Source: Phoronis australis (Eukaryota; Animalia; Phoronida). From it: DNA of 64,000 nt. The notes beneath the pieces are model-generated. The model saw only the letters and a program-made list of their open reading frames with translations, was not told the DNA's origin and did no database searches. How positions within the stretch are numbered: position 1 is the first letter of the stretch; each line of letters starts with the position of its first letter. The position numbers were made by a program, and so were the translations under genes. Shown here one piece after another: positions 52,001 through 64,000 of this stretch. The stretch covers positions 85,907-149,906 of the forward strand of contig NMRA01000711.1 of NCBI GenBank assembly GCA_002633005.1, written 5' to 3'.

Positions 52001-55000
52001 TGGGTGCAAAACAAAACAGAACTACCACTAGGAAGCACCACAGTAGTCAGTCGCCATCATCAAATGTCCTCTTCACACTGAGAACATATATGCCAATTTT
52101 CGAAACTATCCCTAGAACGATTTGGTTTATAACAAAACAAGATTTGGAAACACCAAAGATGGCCACTAGGTGGCCCAAAATACCCCGATTCCATCTAAAA
52201 ACAGGAGGATAACGTCATCTCACCAATAGATGCCTATATTCAAAATTTTATGAAAATCTGTTGAGGACCTTTGAAGATACAGAGGTAAACGTAAAAAAAT
52301 AAAATTGCCACTAGGAGGCACACCAGCAGTCAGATCCATCCGAAAGTCGTCCTTGTCCAATGTCAACATCATATAAATACACTTGCTAAAGTAAGTAAAG
52401 CTCCTGCAAACGGTTTAGGAGATACAACCATGAGCGCAAAAAAACAAAACTGCCACTAGGAGGCGCCACAGTAGTCAAAGTCGTCGGGAAATCATCATCA
52501 GCCGTATACTTCATAGTAAAAACATACATGTCAATTTTCAATTATCTTGAAAGCATTTTGGTTGATAGATGAGTGGATGCCAAATAACAGACTCGAAAAC
52601 AGTAAGAATGGCCACTAGGTGGCGCAAACTAGTTCGAATCCATCTGAAAACGGAGAGGTAGCGTCATCTCATTAACAGATGCCTGTATGCCAAATTTTAT
52701 GAAAATACGCGGAGGACCATTGAACCTACAGAGGTAAATGTAAAGAAATAAAATTGCCACTAGGTGGCACACCAGTAGTCAGATCTGTCCGAAAGTTGTC
52801 GTCCTCTGTTGTTAACATCATATAAATAAATTTAGTAAAGATCCTGCAAACGGTTTAGGTGATACAGCCATAGGCGCAAAAAAACAGAACTGCCACTAGG
52901 AAGCACCACAGTAGTCGGAAGTTGTCGGAAAATCATTGCTAGCCGTCCTCTTCATAGTAAGAACATGCATGCCAATTTTCATAATCATCCTTTCACCGGT
53001 TTGGTTGATAGAGGGGTGGACGCAAAATAAAATCGAAAAGCAGCCAAAATGATCACTAGGTGGCGCAAACTATGTCGAATTCCACCCAAAACAGGAGGAT
53101 AGCGTCATCTCACCAATAGGTGCCTACATTCAAAATTTTATGAAAATCTGTTGAGGACTTTTGAAAATACAGAGGTAAACGTAAAAAACTAAAATTGCCA
53201 CGAGGGGCACACCGGAATGAATCCGTCTAAAAGTTCGCTCATGCCGTCCCATCCACAAAAGGAAAACGTGCAAAACTTCATGAACATACGTCAAGGCATT
53301 TTGGAGATAGAGCAGCGTATGCCGGACGCACGGACGGAGATGACGGCATAATGCGACCACATATAAATATGTGGGCGCATAAAAATCACAAGATGATTAC
53401 GAGGATTGCTTTCAAGGATATAAAAAGATTCTTCATGGACGGCTTCATGGGAGTCCTATTAATACGTAAAAATTCAGGGTACATTCATTACTGGCAGCTA
53501 ACAATGACCTGTTTGACGATAGAGTTGCAGTACCTCTTAGAATTGCACACCCAAGAAAATGAAACATTTCACCACTGACTATATAGTACATGGACCGCCA
53601 ACTGTGTATACTTTCAATGGACGAAATCTGTGTTCTTCCGCATAATGTTACGTCATTATTCACTAGCAACACCTGGCCCAATTATCTGATGTTATTTCCG
53701 GCAAATACGTCGTCTGCTAATTTTGGTCGGCTGTTGCGTGGTAGGATCGGAAAATGAACTAGATAATTGAGGAGAGTGGTGCCGCCTCTTGGATAGCATG
53801 GAAGAAAATGTTGTTGAATCTGTTGTCTATAATCTATGATTTCAATACTAAATGTATGATGCTCTCATGATAAACAATGCGACGCTTATTACAAGAGGAT
53901 AGCGCTTGATGGGCAATGATCATGTGCTTGCGATACTAGCACTTGGTAATGATTATTTCATGATTTGAGTGCACTAATTTCTCATTTGTTAAAAAGTGGA
54001 TTATTTGTTTCTTCCAGCTCAGAGAAGCAGTGACAGATCCACATAGGATTGCGGGTGTTTACCAACAAGAAATTAAACATAAAGAACATTGTAAACAAAG
54101 TTAATTGTCTTTTCGGCAATAGTCACTTACAGCGGTGCCACATTTTGAGAACCAGTTTTCTCCAATGAATAATAGGCAACAAACTGGTTCTCAAAATCCA
54201 TGACCCTGTAAGTGACTACTGCTAATTTATGTGTGAGTTTGTCAAGTAACTATTTGGAATGTAAAAACTTCCGCAGTTCATGGATTAAGTACTCAAGAAC
54301 TTCACAGCAAGCATACAAAACTTCAAATCTCAATGTTATGCCAACTTTGAAAATCCTAGTTTTGGATGTTTTGGGACAAAACCCTTTGTTTAAGTGATGC
54401 ATAATTCCAACAAGACATGGGCAAGAACACATTCTCAAATTGTATGCTTGGTTTGTACTGTCCGTAGTATCCAACAAGGGTCTCCTAGAATGTCCATTAT
54501 ACAGTGTCCTAAACTTAAATTTAAAGTTTTTACCCAAAATTAATATCTTACCTGAATTGCAAAGAGATATCCCAGGTTTTTACGTCCATATACTTTAAAT
54601 GGGATATGATCTTTCACGGAGAAGGCGGACTCCTTTTGCTTAGCGACGCTCAAGAAGAACGCATTTTTATCATGCCTGCAAATAAATTCTATGTCAAACG
54701 TATCATAAAAGCAGCATCGAGTTTCCAAGCACTTTCAAAAGAACAGAGCACAACAAGAGTATTTGGCAACAGAAGATTGTCATCACTGTTCCATGTGACT
54801 GCAACGCCTTCTCATATTTACACTATGTTTGTTATCCTTCTCAATCACTGCTGGTCACAATGAACAGCTGAGACATGGCAATATCAATGCATGCTCAGTC
54901 ATCGTGACACAAAGTCATTTTACCCAATTGCTTTTTGGCACATATAGTAGAAATTATCAGCAAATCCTACACATAATTCACTACGGTGAGGCCCGGATGT

Positions 55001-57502
55001 TGGCTCCTCATCTGTTGGACAAGAAAACTCCGAAGTGACCGCTAGAAGCCAGTTTTACTGACTGTCAAACATTGCTACTCACTTCTAGGTTCTAAAACAT
55101 GTGAACACAAGGCAGTCTGTACAGGATGAGAAGCTTTTCAGACAGAATCTTCGAAAGTACGATATTAACAATAAAAATCCCTTCGACAGGCAGCCATGGC
55201 CAATTTAGCATCTTACCAGGATACACTTTGAAAAGCATTCATAAAATAGGGTGTTGTTATTGGTACTAAACTGGACAAGAAAATGACAAATTACGTAACA
55301 GTTTGGTCCATGGTGGGACAACGTATTTCAGGGTTATGCCTCATAGAACAAGTTTCTCGAGAAAAAAGAAAGACCATGCCAAGCCCACAAGAAAATGTTT
55401 TGCGAGTAAATGTAAGACTGCGCTGGCTACAAAGGACTGCAGGAGACTTTTTCGCTACTCCTGCAGCCATCTAAATCCACCTGACTTCGACTATACAGTA
55501 AAACTAACAGAAGTTATACCTACGGCAGATTACATCAGCTTATGGTAAACTCTGACTTGTCTGAACTTACTGCGCACAAACTGAAGCAATTGTGTTGTGA
55601 AACTCTGTCCAAGCTAAGCAAAAACATGACTTGGGCATGTTCTACTTATCTGAGTGAACATGACTTGGGAATGTCCAACTTATCTGAGTGAACATGACTT
55701 GGGCATGCCCTACTTATCTGAGTGCTAGTAATTAGCTTTTGACTGCATACAACTGGATCTATGACTACCTACTTATACAACGTGTCATAATCTTCTGGAG
55801 TCTTTGTGTCAGCAACGACGACAATGTTCCAACCCTTAATGGCTGCCAAACTGCGCACATCATCTGTGGGTTTGTTTATGGTCGTCACGACAATCCACTT
55901 ATCATTGAACTCGTTGCGAGGTGGTTCATTTATGGGCTGTTGAGGCAACTGAGCTTGGAAGTCTGCAAGAGCTACAAAAGAGGTCACTACTAGAACTTGC
56001 AAGTCTTCAAGAGCTACAACAGCGGTCACTACTAGTGGATGGAAGTTTTCAAAAGGTACAACAACAGAGGTCACTACAAGTAGTTGGAGTGCTTCAAACG
56101 CTAAAACAGAGGTCACCACTTGTCCTTTTCAGTCTTCAACTTCTAGTAACAGAGAGTCATCAAGACTATCAACAACAGGGTTCGCCATCAGTGCATGATA
56201 GTTTTTAGTCTCAAATCCAGTCTCTATTAGCATTATAGTCTGGCATACATCTGCGACAGCTAGTTCCGTACAGGACGGTCAAGGATAAGGTAATCCTGTG
56301 CAGTTAAATCAGCTGAACATAAATGCAGCCATGCATGGCATAACTTTTGTCAATATTCAGATGGTAAACACGGGTTGTGGTCACCATGCACTCTGCTCAC
56401 AATGTCAAGTGAGCATTACACGTCATATTCAAAATACATGTATAAAATTAGTAACAAACTTCAGCTAAATCGCTACTAGTATTCACCCTCTTTCCCAACT
56501 GCGAAAAAAAACATAAGTTAAAACTCCACGACAACTCGCCAAATGAAAACATTTTTCTTGACATTTTTACACAGGGTTAGACTACCATCAAGAATCACAA
56601 AAGACATCTGAATTGAAAATTTGAGCACACAGTGATCTAATTCTTCACAGGTATCACCAATCAAGCTGAAAATATTACACTGTTCTAGGAAATCATTAAC
56701 AAATTGACTCCAAAATCAACATAAACCAAACTATGATATGGCCACAGAACACAACAAGCGACAGCTCTGCCTCTCCATGATACCGAAGTAAAATTGAGAT
56801 TGTTCAGGGCATTTCCATCCATGCAGAATACCCAGTTTGCTATTCAATAACCTGACTGATAGCTTCACGGGGATTACATTTAACCAGGTTACCAACAGCC
56901 AATCAATATGTGACTCACCCCATCCACATCAGTAATAATATCAGACAATTTAGTGTTGTTCTCATGCGAAAATTGTTGGAAATAATCCCGCATATTGATC
57001 AGCAATTTTTTACCAGGAAAAATGTTTGCTTTTACACGAATTTTACACCAAATTTTGACATATTAATACTTGGCAAAATTATTCACAATCAACATGACTT
57101 GTCAATTCAATTAAAATTATGACCTTTATCTGTATCATAAAAACACTGGTACTGGCGCATGCATGACTGTGTAGTGTCAGTGTCTGCCAATAGGGTCGTC
57201 CCAGATTACGCAGCAATAGAACTCTTTTGTTATGGAGGCAAGACAACGAATGGCCTCATTTTGGAATGTCTGGCACATTTTCACACGTCATGTCTGAAAC
57301 TGTCATGGTGAGACTGACATGCTACTGGAAAACCCGCTTTCATTTTTCAATTTGTGGTTACAGTATGTGAACACTCTCTACAGTTGTTATAAGGGTTGTT
57401 ATGTCCCATTAACTGTTCCTCTCTCACAAACCACTTACATTCCTTCTGTTTGTCACCACCAAGTCCAATGTTGTTCCAAACTCTCTGAATGAAGTTTTGG
57501 CC
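49099..57502 (-). CDS. STELLO-like (DUF288) probable glycosyltransferase, 5'-incomplete
   Basis: Exons 57502-57439 (less certain), 55962-55773, 54675-54552 and 51636-49099, phase-consistent. KWIVVTTINKPT..GWNIVVVADTKTP, RKNLGYLFAIQ|RGAKVIYETDDDN, NVYPHFGQ..WPRGF, QQGVVNGDPDMDA, PYNSQNT and FRVTDIWRSY are STELLO-family motifs. Confidence 0.88.
51865..53385. mobile_element. Helentron-associated (HINE/pearl-like) element with about 440-bp internal tandem units, 5'-truncated
   Basis: Units start near 51870, 52302, 52751 and 53192. Ends in GGACG-type microsatellite, then hairpin ATGCGACCACATAT-AA-ATATGTGGGCGCAT (53351-53380), then an A run. Confidence 0.75.
55624..55724. repeat. 34-bp tandem repeat, 3 copies
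   Basis: Unit ACATGACTTGGGCATGTTCTACTTATCTGAGTGA. Confidence 0.9.
55963..56119. repeat. Degenerate 42-bp tandem repeat abutting a splice acceptor
   Basis: About four units of AGAGCTACAACAGAGGTCACTACTAGAACTTGCAAGTCTTCA. Confidence 0.75.
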
Positions 57503-57519
57503 CTGAAACAAGAGACAGT

Positions 57520-58085
57520 AGTACTGAGCAAACAGTGCACCAGTTAACTGGACCCAGGCCGTACTGAGCAAACAGTGAGTCAGTTAGCTGGACCCAGGCT
57601 CTACTGAGCATACAGTGAGTCAGCTGGACCCTGTCCATACTCAGCAAACAGTGTAAGTTAGCTGGACCAAGGCTGTACTGAGCTAACAGAGTGACAGTTA
57701 GCTGGACCAAGCTGTGCTGAGCTAACAGAGTGACAGTTAGTTGAAGTCTGGCCGTACTGAGCATACAATGAGTCGGTTAGCTGGACCAAGCTGTACTGAG
57801 CTAACAGAGTGACAGTTAGCTGGACCAAGGTTGAACTAAGCAAACAGCGGGTCAGTTCGCTGGACCCAGGCTGAACTAAGTAAACAGTGAGTCAGTTAGC
57901 TGGACCCAGGCTGAACTAAGTAAACAGTGAGTCAGTTAGCTGGACCCAGGCTGAACTAAGCAAACAGTGAGTCAGTTAGCTGGACCCAGGCTGAACTAAG
58001 TAAACAGTGAGTCAGTTAGCTGGACCCAGGCTGAACTAAGCAAACAGTGGGTCAGTTAGCTAGACTCACGCTGTACTGAGCATAC
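57520..58085. repeat. 40-bp minisatellite, about 14 copies
   Basis: Unit GCTGGACCCAGGCTGAACTAAGYAAACAGTGAGTCAGTTA, more diverged towards the left. Confidence 0.92.
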
Positions 58086-58328
58086 AATACAGTATGTCAG
58101 GTAGGTAGATCCAGTCCATTTGAGATATACCCATCAAGCTGCTGACAGGAATTTGATAGCATACTAAAAGAAAGTTAGAACGAAACTTGCTTAACTTTAT
58201 ATCAATCAAGTGATATTTAATATTTAAAAAAATCTTACCAGAATAAACTAGCAACAACATGAATCATCAACAGTTACTAAATCCAAACCAATGAGTGATG
58301 CAGACTCATGTCTTAAACAAACTAAAAT

Positions 58329-59821
58329 ACAAGAGCAACGCAGAGCGTTGAAATGCGCCCACAATTGCACCGTATACGGGTTGTTTGTTGGTACCATAAA
58401 GTGGCCAGTAGAGGGCATATATGTAGTATGCTGTACTTTGCAAAATGGAAAGGGATGGTCATTGTCTCTTCAATAGGCTAGGGGCAAAATGTGAGTGATC
58501 TTCATAATACAAGCACATCCTATACATCAGTTGCTTAAAACACCACAGAAACATAGAATTAAAAACAAATTTACCAACATACGAGATTAGCACAGCATTA
58601 GAATGCCAGAAACAAATTTCTACTTGGAACTTTTCCTTCATAGTCACGAAGAAACACAATGTATACACCTGAAGACCTATGAAAATACAGAGGTAAATGT
58701 AAAATACTTAAATTGCCACTAGAGGCATACCGGTAGTCAGAATCATCCTAAAGTCGTCATCGTCCGTAGTCAACATCACATAAAAACACTTGCTAAATTT
58801 AGTAAAGATCCTGCAAACGGTTTGGGAGATACAGCCATGGGCGCAAAAAAAAACTGCCACTAGGAGGCGCCACAGTAATCAAAGTCATGGGAAATTCAGC
58901 GTCAATTGTCCTCTTCATAGTAAGAACATACATGCCAATTTTCACAATCATACTTATAGCGGTTTGGTTGATAGAGGGGTGGACGCCAAAAAACAGACTC
59001 AAAAACAGTAAAAATGGCCACTGGGTGTCGCAAACTAGGTCGAATCCATCCGAAAACGGGAGGATAGCTTCATCGCACTAATAGGTGTCTACATACCAAA
59101 TTTCATGAAAATCCGTTAAGGACTTGTGAAGATACAGAGGTAAACGTAAAAAAATAAAATTGCCACTAGGGGGCACACTGGTAGGTGGATCCGTCCAAAA
59201 GTCGTCATCTTCCGTTTTTAACATCATATAAATACACTTACACAATTTTGTAACGATCCTGAGAACGGTTTAGGAGATACAGCCATAGGCGCAAATTAAA
59301 CAAAACTGCCACTAGGAGGCGCCACAGTAGTCCAACTCGTCAGAAAATCATCGTCAATCGTATTCTACATAGTAAGCGTATACATGCCAATTTTCACAAT
59401 CATCCTTTGAGCAGTTTGGCTGATAGAGGGGTGGACGCACAAAAACAGACTCAAAAACACTAAAAATGGCCACTAGGTGGCGCAAACTATGTCGAATCCA
59501 TCCGAAAACGGAAGGATAGTGTCATCTCACTAATAGGTGCCTACATACCAAATTTCATGAAAATCCGTTCAGGACTTTTGAAGATACAAAGGTAAGCGTA
59601 AAAAAATAAAATTGCCACTAGGGGGCACGCCTGCAGTCGGATCCGTCCGAAAGTTCGCACATGCCGTCCCATTCATGAATGGAACATATGTGCCAAATTT
59701 CATGAACGTATGTCAAAGGGTTTTGGAGATAGAGCAGCGGACGCAGGACGCCGCCCGGACGTACGGACGGATGGAGATGACGGCATAATGCGTCCACATA
59801 TAAATATGTGGGCGCATAAAA
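58329..59821. mobile_element. Apparently complete HINE/pearl-like Helentron derivative, same family as 51865-53385
   Basis: 5' ACAAGAGC...subTIR ATGCGCCCACA (58353-58363) is complementary to the terminal TGTGGGCGCAT. About 450-bp units at 58711, 59157 and 59609. GGAC microsatellite and terminal hairpin at 59788-59817. Confidence 0.8.
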
Positions 59822-60019
59822 GCTCATTAAATCAAATTGTTCAATCTACATCAACAATAAATGGCTATAGGCAAACCCCAGGCAGACAACAGGGATAACT
59901 TTAGGAGCATGGCCCGCATCATTGGCGCAAAAATAATTTCATTGGCACACTGCGACTGTTTAACTCGGGCTAATAGGCCCATTAAAATGGAAGAGAAAAC
60001 GGGCAAAAATTAACATGGC

Positions 60020-60109
60020 CCATAGGTCCTGCTAATTGGTCCATAGGTCCTGCTAATTGGTCCATAGGTCCTGCTAATTGGTCCATAGGTCCTGCTAATT
60101 GGTCCATAG
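60020..60109. repeat. 21-bp tandem repeat, 4 copies
   Basis: Unit CCATAGGTCCTGCTAATTGGT. Confidence 0.92.
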
Positions 60110-60573
60110 ACTTGAAGCTGTGTGGGTCAAATCAGCCACACACACGTTTCTAAAATGATCAGAGACAATGAAATGTGCGATTTTGGGACTTTTGTGCTAG
60201 AAAATATATTTTAATTACTGCAGAAACCCCTATTTTTAGATACTTCAAAGCTCTAGGTGGTTTGAAGCCCTCAAAAATGTAATACAAAGTTTCAGTAAAA
60301 TGACAACAGTTGTTGTATTTGAGACTTTTATTAGAAATGTATAAAACACTAAGTGTTGAAAGCACCAATAAACAGGTGTTTTCGTTTGCACATTTCTATA
60401 CATCAACGCAGGTGAACTTTAAGGAGACTGAAGGAGTGATCAGAGGCTCTGTGTTATTAAGGGCTAGGGGGCACACAACTGAGATATAATGGGTTCAACT
60501 CATCATGGTGTGCTATTGATTTCCAGACCCTGCGTGCAATTTTTCCTCAGTATTACAGCCCTTTGTTAACACT

Positions 60574-60722
60574 AACTTCCTTGAAAACACGACTAAACTT
60601 TTTGTTTGACAGCTTGATACAGAGTCGCTTGTAGTGTCGAAACAAGGAGAATGTTTCGAGACTATGAGCGACTCTGTATCAAGCTGTCAAACAAATAGTT
60701 TAGTCCTGTTTTCAAAGAAGTT
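60574..60722. repeat. Long hairpin: 71-bp inverted arms, 7-nt loop
   Basis: Arms 60574-60644 and 60652-60722 match at 65 of 71 positions. Confidence 0.9.
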
Positions 60723-63700
60723 TTTATTACATGAAAGCACCACATCTGAGATGAATCTTAAGTCACTTCTCATGACATAGACCTCAGGTCACATTTTTTA
60801 ACATATGAAAAAGATTTAAGATTTCATAAAAACAGGGGAAAGGCGACATTTGTTTCCATCATGGGACCTATGAGTGGCCACTTAAGAAAAAAGGCGAGTG
60901 CAATCAGTGGGTGTCCTCCAAGTGTGGGGATTTGCATCAAATGATATCCAATTTCAAAAAAGACAGAAAAAGAAAGACAGGCGACTCCATTATCCCTTGC
61001 ATTAGAGGAGTCCTTGAAGAAATACAGCTTTGCATTGCTTAAAATTGTCTTCTTGAATTTAAAAATCTGAATAAATTTGCAAACTGGAAAATCTGTACAT
61101 ATATAACAAGTTTTCTGGAATTTTGTATAAATATGTAAAGGTGGACAATCCATGTTGCATTTTTTTAAAACTTGGTTACCCCTTATAAAAGTTTCCTAGC
61201 TTGGTCTTCAAAGAATAAGGTACTCCCACTTCCTACACCTATGAAATATTAAGGAGTTATAGTTGGACATTTCAGTTACATTGTGTTGAACAGTAAAGTA
61301 TTATGTATTTCCTTAATATCATAAAGTTGTTGACAGTAACATTTAGCTATGTTGTGCAGATGAAATTACAGACTACAGAACCAGACAACACTTGAGAGCA
61401 AACACCTGTTACACCAAAGGGCCACCACATGTTCATAATACAAGGATAGGCACTGCAAATTAATTAATGATCAACATATCAGCTCTTGGCACAAAACACT
61501 AACTAGAACAACCATCATGACTTGAAACTCATACACATCAAACTTGTAGCTGAGAAAGAAGCTTGGCCTCTCCACAGTGTGCAAGTTGGCACTCAAAGAG
61601 CAATACGGATGCATGAAATATACGTGGTACAGCAAAAAAAATCAATGGGCAATAATGGTAAAACATTAAATTCATGAAAACAATTACCTTAATACCTCAA
61701 CAGTGTCATGACATATCAGTGTGTTATTCCCCAGTCATTATAGAACATGATGGCAAATCTGAACACATATTTTGAAATAGCATGGTTACGGTCCCTGCAC
61801 CCCAACTCCTTTTAATGTACAGCACACATCACAAATTTTTGTCTGACAGGTCGGAAATTGGTCGATGACCAGCCGTCTAGCCGACAAGCAGTCGACCAAC
61901 AATGGTCTGCTAGGAGCCATCTGCTGAGTCGCCTCTGCGGTCACCACTTGAGTCGGCAAAGTGGTTGCCTAGAATAGACGACCAATTCGGACTATGCGTG
62001 TCCTCGGTCGGCAATTACCATTTTATGACTTAGCGAGTGAACTTTGGCTGTTCGTTCACCAGTGGCCACTGCGGTCTGGACATCAGTTTATCAACTTTTG
62101 TTCACCTATTGAAAGGTGGTAAAATCGAATCAACCAGTCCTACAAATATGAATTGCGTGAAATTGCACCAACGTAAACTTTATGTTGAATTGCTGACGGT
62201 GTGGTAAAATTAAACGTTAAATGATGTCATGGAAAAATAATTTCGCACTCTAGAAGTGAAACATTTCATACATTATGCATAAAAAAGTATCAACAACCAG
62301 GGAATTTGAAATGTGTCTGTAAATTTGCATACAGTTCCAGGGCCGTAGGAAGCGGAGGGTGGGGGGAAGCGAGGGGGGCACGGGGCCCCGCAAAAAAATT
62401 TCAGGTGTCTGGCGTGGCAACCCACATAGGCGCGGTGCCGGGGACAGTCAAGAAAATAAAGACTGCGAAAAACGGATAAAAGAGAAAATTCAAGAGAATA
62501 TTTAACAAATCTGCATCAGTGCATGGTTTACCTTTTGAGGACCCTGGCCAGGACACTGTCATTACAGTCTTAGCTTTTGCAGCACAGATCGTCTAAATGC
62601 AAGAGAGAATTTGCAAAGCGAAACTTTTGCAGAGCGTACTAATTTAATGGATGTTTAAATTCAATCTGCCAATTTTGCGAATGCAAAACTATATTTTTCT
62701 AGAGGCCCATCTCTGGCAAGAGATAACAGAGACATCTTTCGCTTTATATTTTTTTCTCCAAACTGTACGTCACTTGAGAAAAATTGAAGACCTGACAGAT
62801 AACATCAATTGCTGCGCATTTCCTGATATTTGAAAATATAGATATTTTTATATTTAGGGGCTTCGCCTTTGAAGGAGACCATTCATGATATTTCTATTTT
62901 GGAGCCTTAGTTGCCAGATGTCATTCAGCGTCAGTTACTACCTAAGGTGGCCAGATCATGCGCTAGAAACATCACCAGACGTTTTGCTTCTCAAAAAGTG
63001 TACCTTGGTGTATTTTCTTTCATTTCTTTTGACATCGCATTCGCTTTACGAAAGATTCACGCACAAATGCCGCGTATAGAGACAAATGCGTCCTCACCAC
63101 GTATTCGCATCTTCCCGTTCAAAATTGTTTATTTTATACAGTTTGTCAATATGTTGTTGACAGAAAATATTTGGTTTTGGAACAACGTCAGCAACCAACT
63201 GATACATGTACTGTAACTAGAGCAAATTTTACCATCACCGATGCATGAATGCGCAAAGCTAAAATTGGTAGTAGCCTCAACAATGGTCATTCCATGTTTG
63301 ATGTCACTGTCTAAGTTCGTGGAAATCGTAACTGTGATTTTGAAGTTAGAGCCTTCCAAGTCCGTGGGCTTAGGACATAAAGTTCCGTGTATTTTGTGTC
63401 TTTACTGCAAGGGTTAATACAGTGAAAATAAAATCTCCGGAGTAAGAGCTCTTCGGTGCAACAACTCTTTCAATATCCCATCATCATAGACGCGTGACAG
63501 GAGACCCGTGAGGAATTTTAAAAATGCAAAAAGATGTAGTTCGGCGAAACACAAGCAAAAAACAAGTGTGGGCAAAGACTGTAAAAAAAGCTGCGTTTAC
63601 AAAATGACTACGGCGTTGTATTGACTGGGAAGCAGCCAATCTAATGACATTTGTTAACGTCTGAGCCAAAAGATTAAATAAAAAGAAAACCTTAACGTTT

Positions 63701-64000
63701 TGTTATCTAAACTTGTTCCATTGTCCTTAATCCAATGTTCAATATTACCACTTGCCTCCAACCTTCGAATTAGAAGCATTAATGGGGTCAACGGGCATTT
63801 TCTCCCTTTTGACATAGAAAACTTAGCTATTCGAATGCACGGGTCAGTTAGAGAGCACTGATTCAACTCTCACGTCGGCAATTTGCCTTGCGCTCTAGAG
63901 CCTTTCAATGGCGGTCGTGAAGAACAGTAACGCCGTATCTGCATGAACAAACTCAATTTTGCAATCTCAAATTTGTGAGTATTTAACGTTGCAGGTACCA

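Noticed and set aside
58459-58668. Candidate first exon for the STELLO-like gene
   Set aside because: It lies inside the HINE element, and its phase-1 donor does not fit the phase-0 exon at 57502.

Overview
This is AT-rich, intron-containing animal DNA from a gapped scaffold. Gene and repeat content suggest a marine invertebrate, probably a lophotrochozoan (inference). Four genes can be reconstructed from splice sites. (1) A secreted mucin-like protein with three CBM14/peritrophin-A domains (minus strand); its PT-rich exon is split by two N-gaps and a 6.8-kb intervening contig. (2) MDH1B (minus, 6 coding exons) with degenerate catalytic residues. (3) NIFK/MKI67IP (plus, 5 exons), head-to-head with MDH1B, with a KTP-repeat tail. 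(4) A STELLO/DUF288-like glycosyltransferase (minus, 5' end unresolved) with a Gln-rich repeat insert. A probable first exon of a fifth gene lies near 5.7 kb. Repeats include hAT-like elements and MITEs with 5-bp target-site duplications (TSDs), two Helentron/HINE-like elements carrying regularly spaced CTCF-like motifs, Penelope remnants (GIY-YIG fragment, hammerhead cores, hairpins), a (TA)n-flanked 5.9-kb element with a decayed spliced gene, and many minisatellites. No prokaryotic system or CRISPR array is present. All identifications come from manual reading and recalled family motifs; no database search was run.
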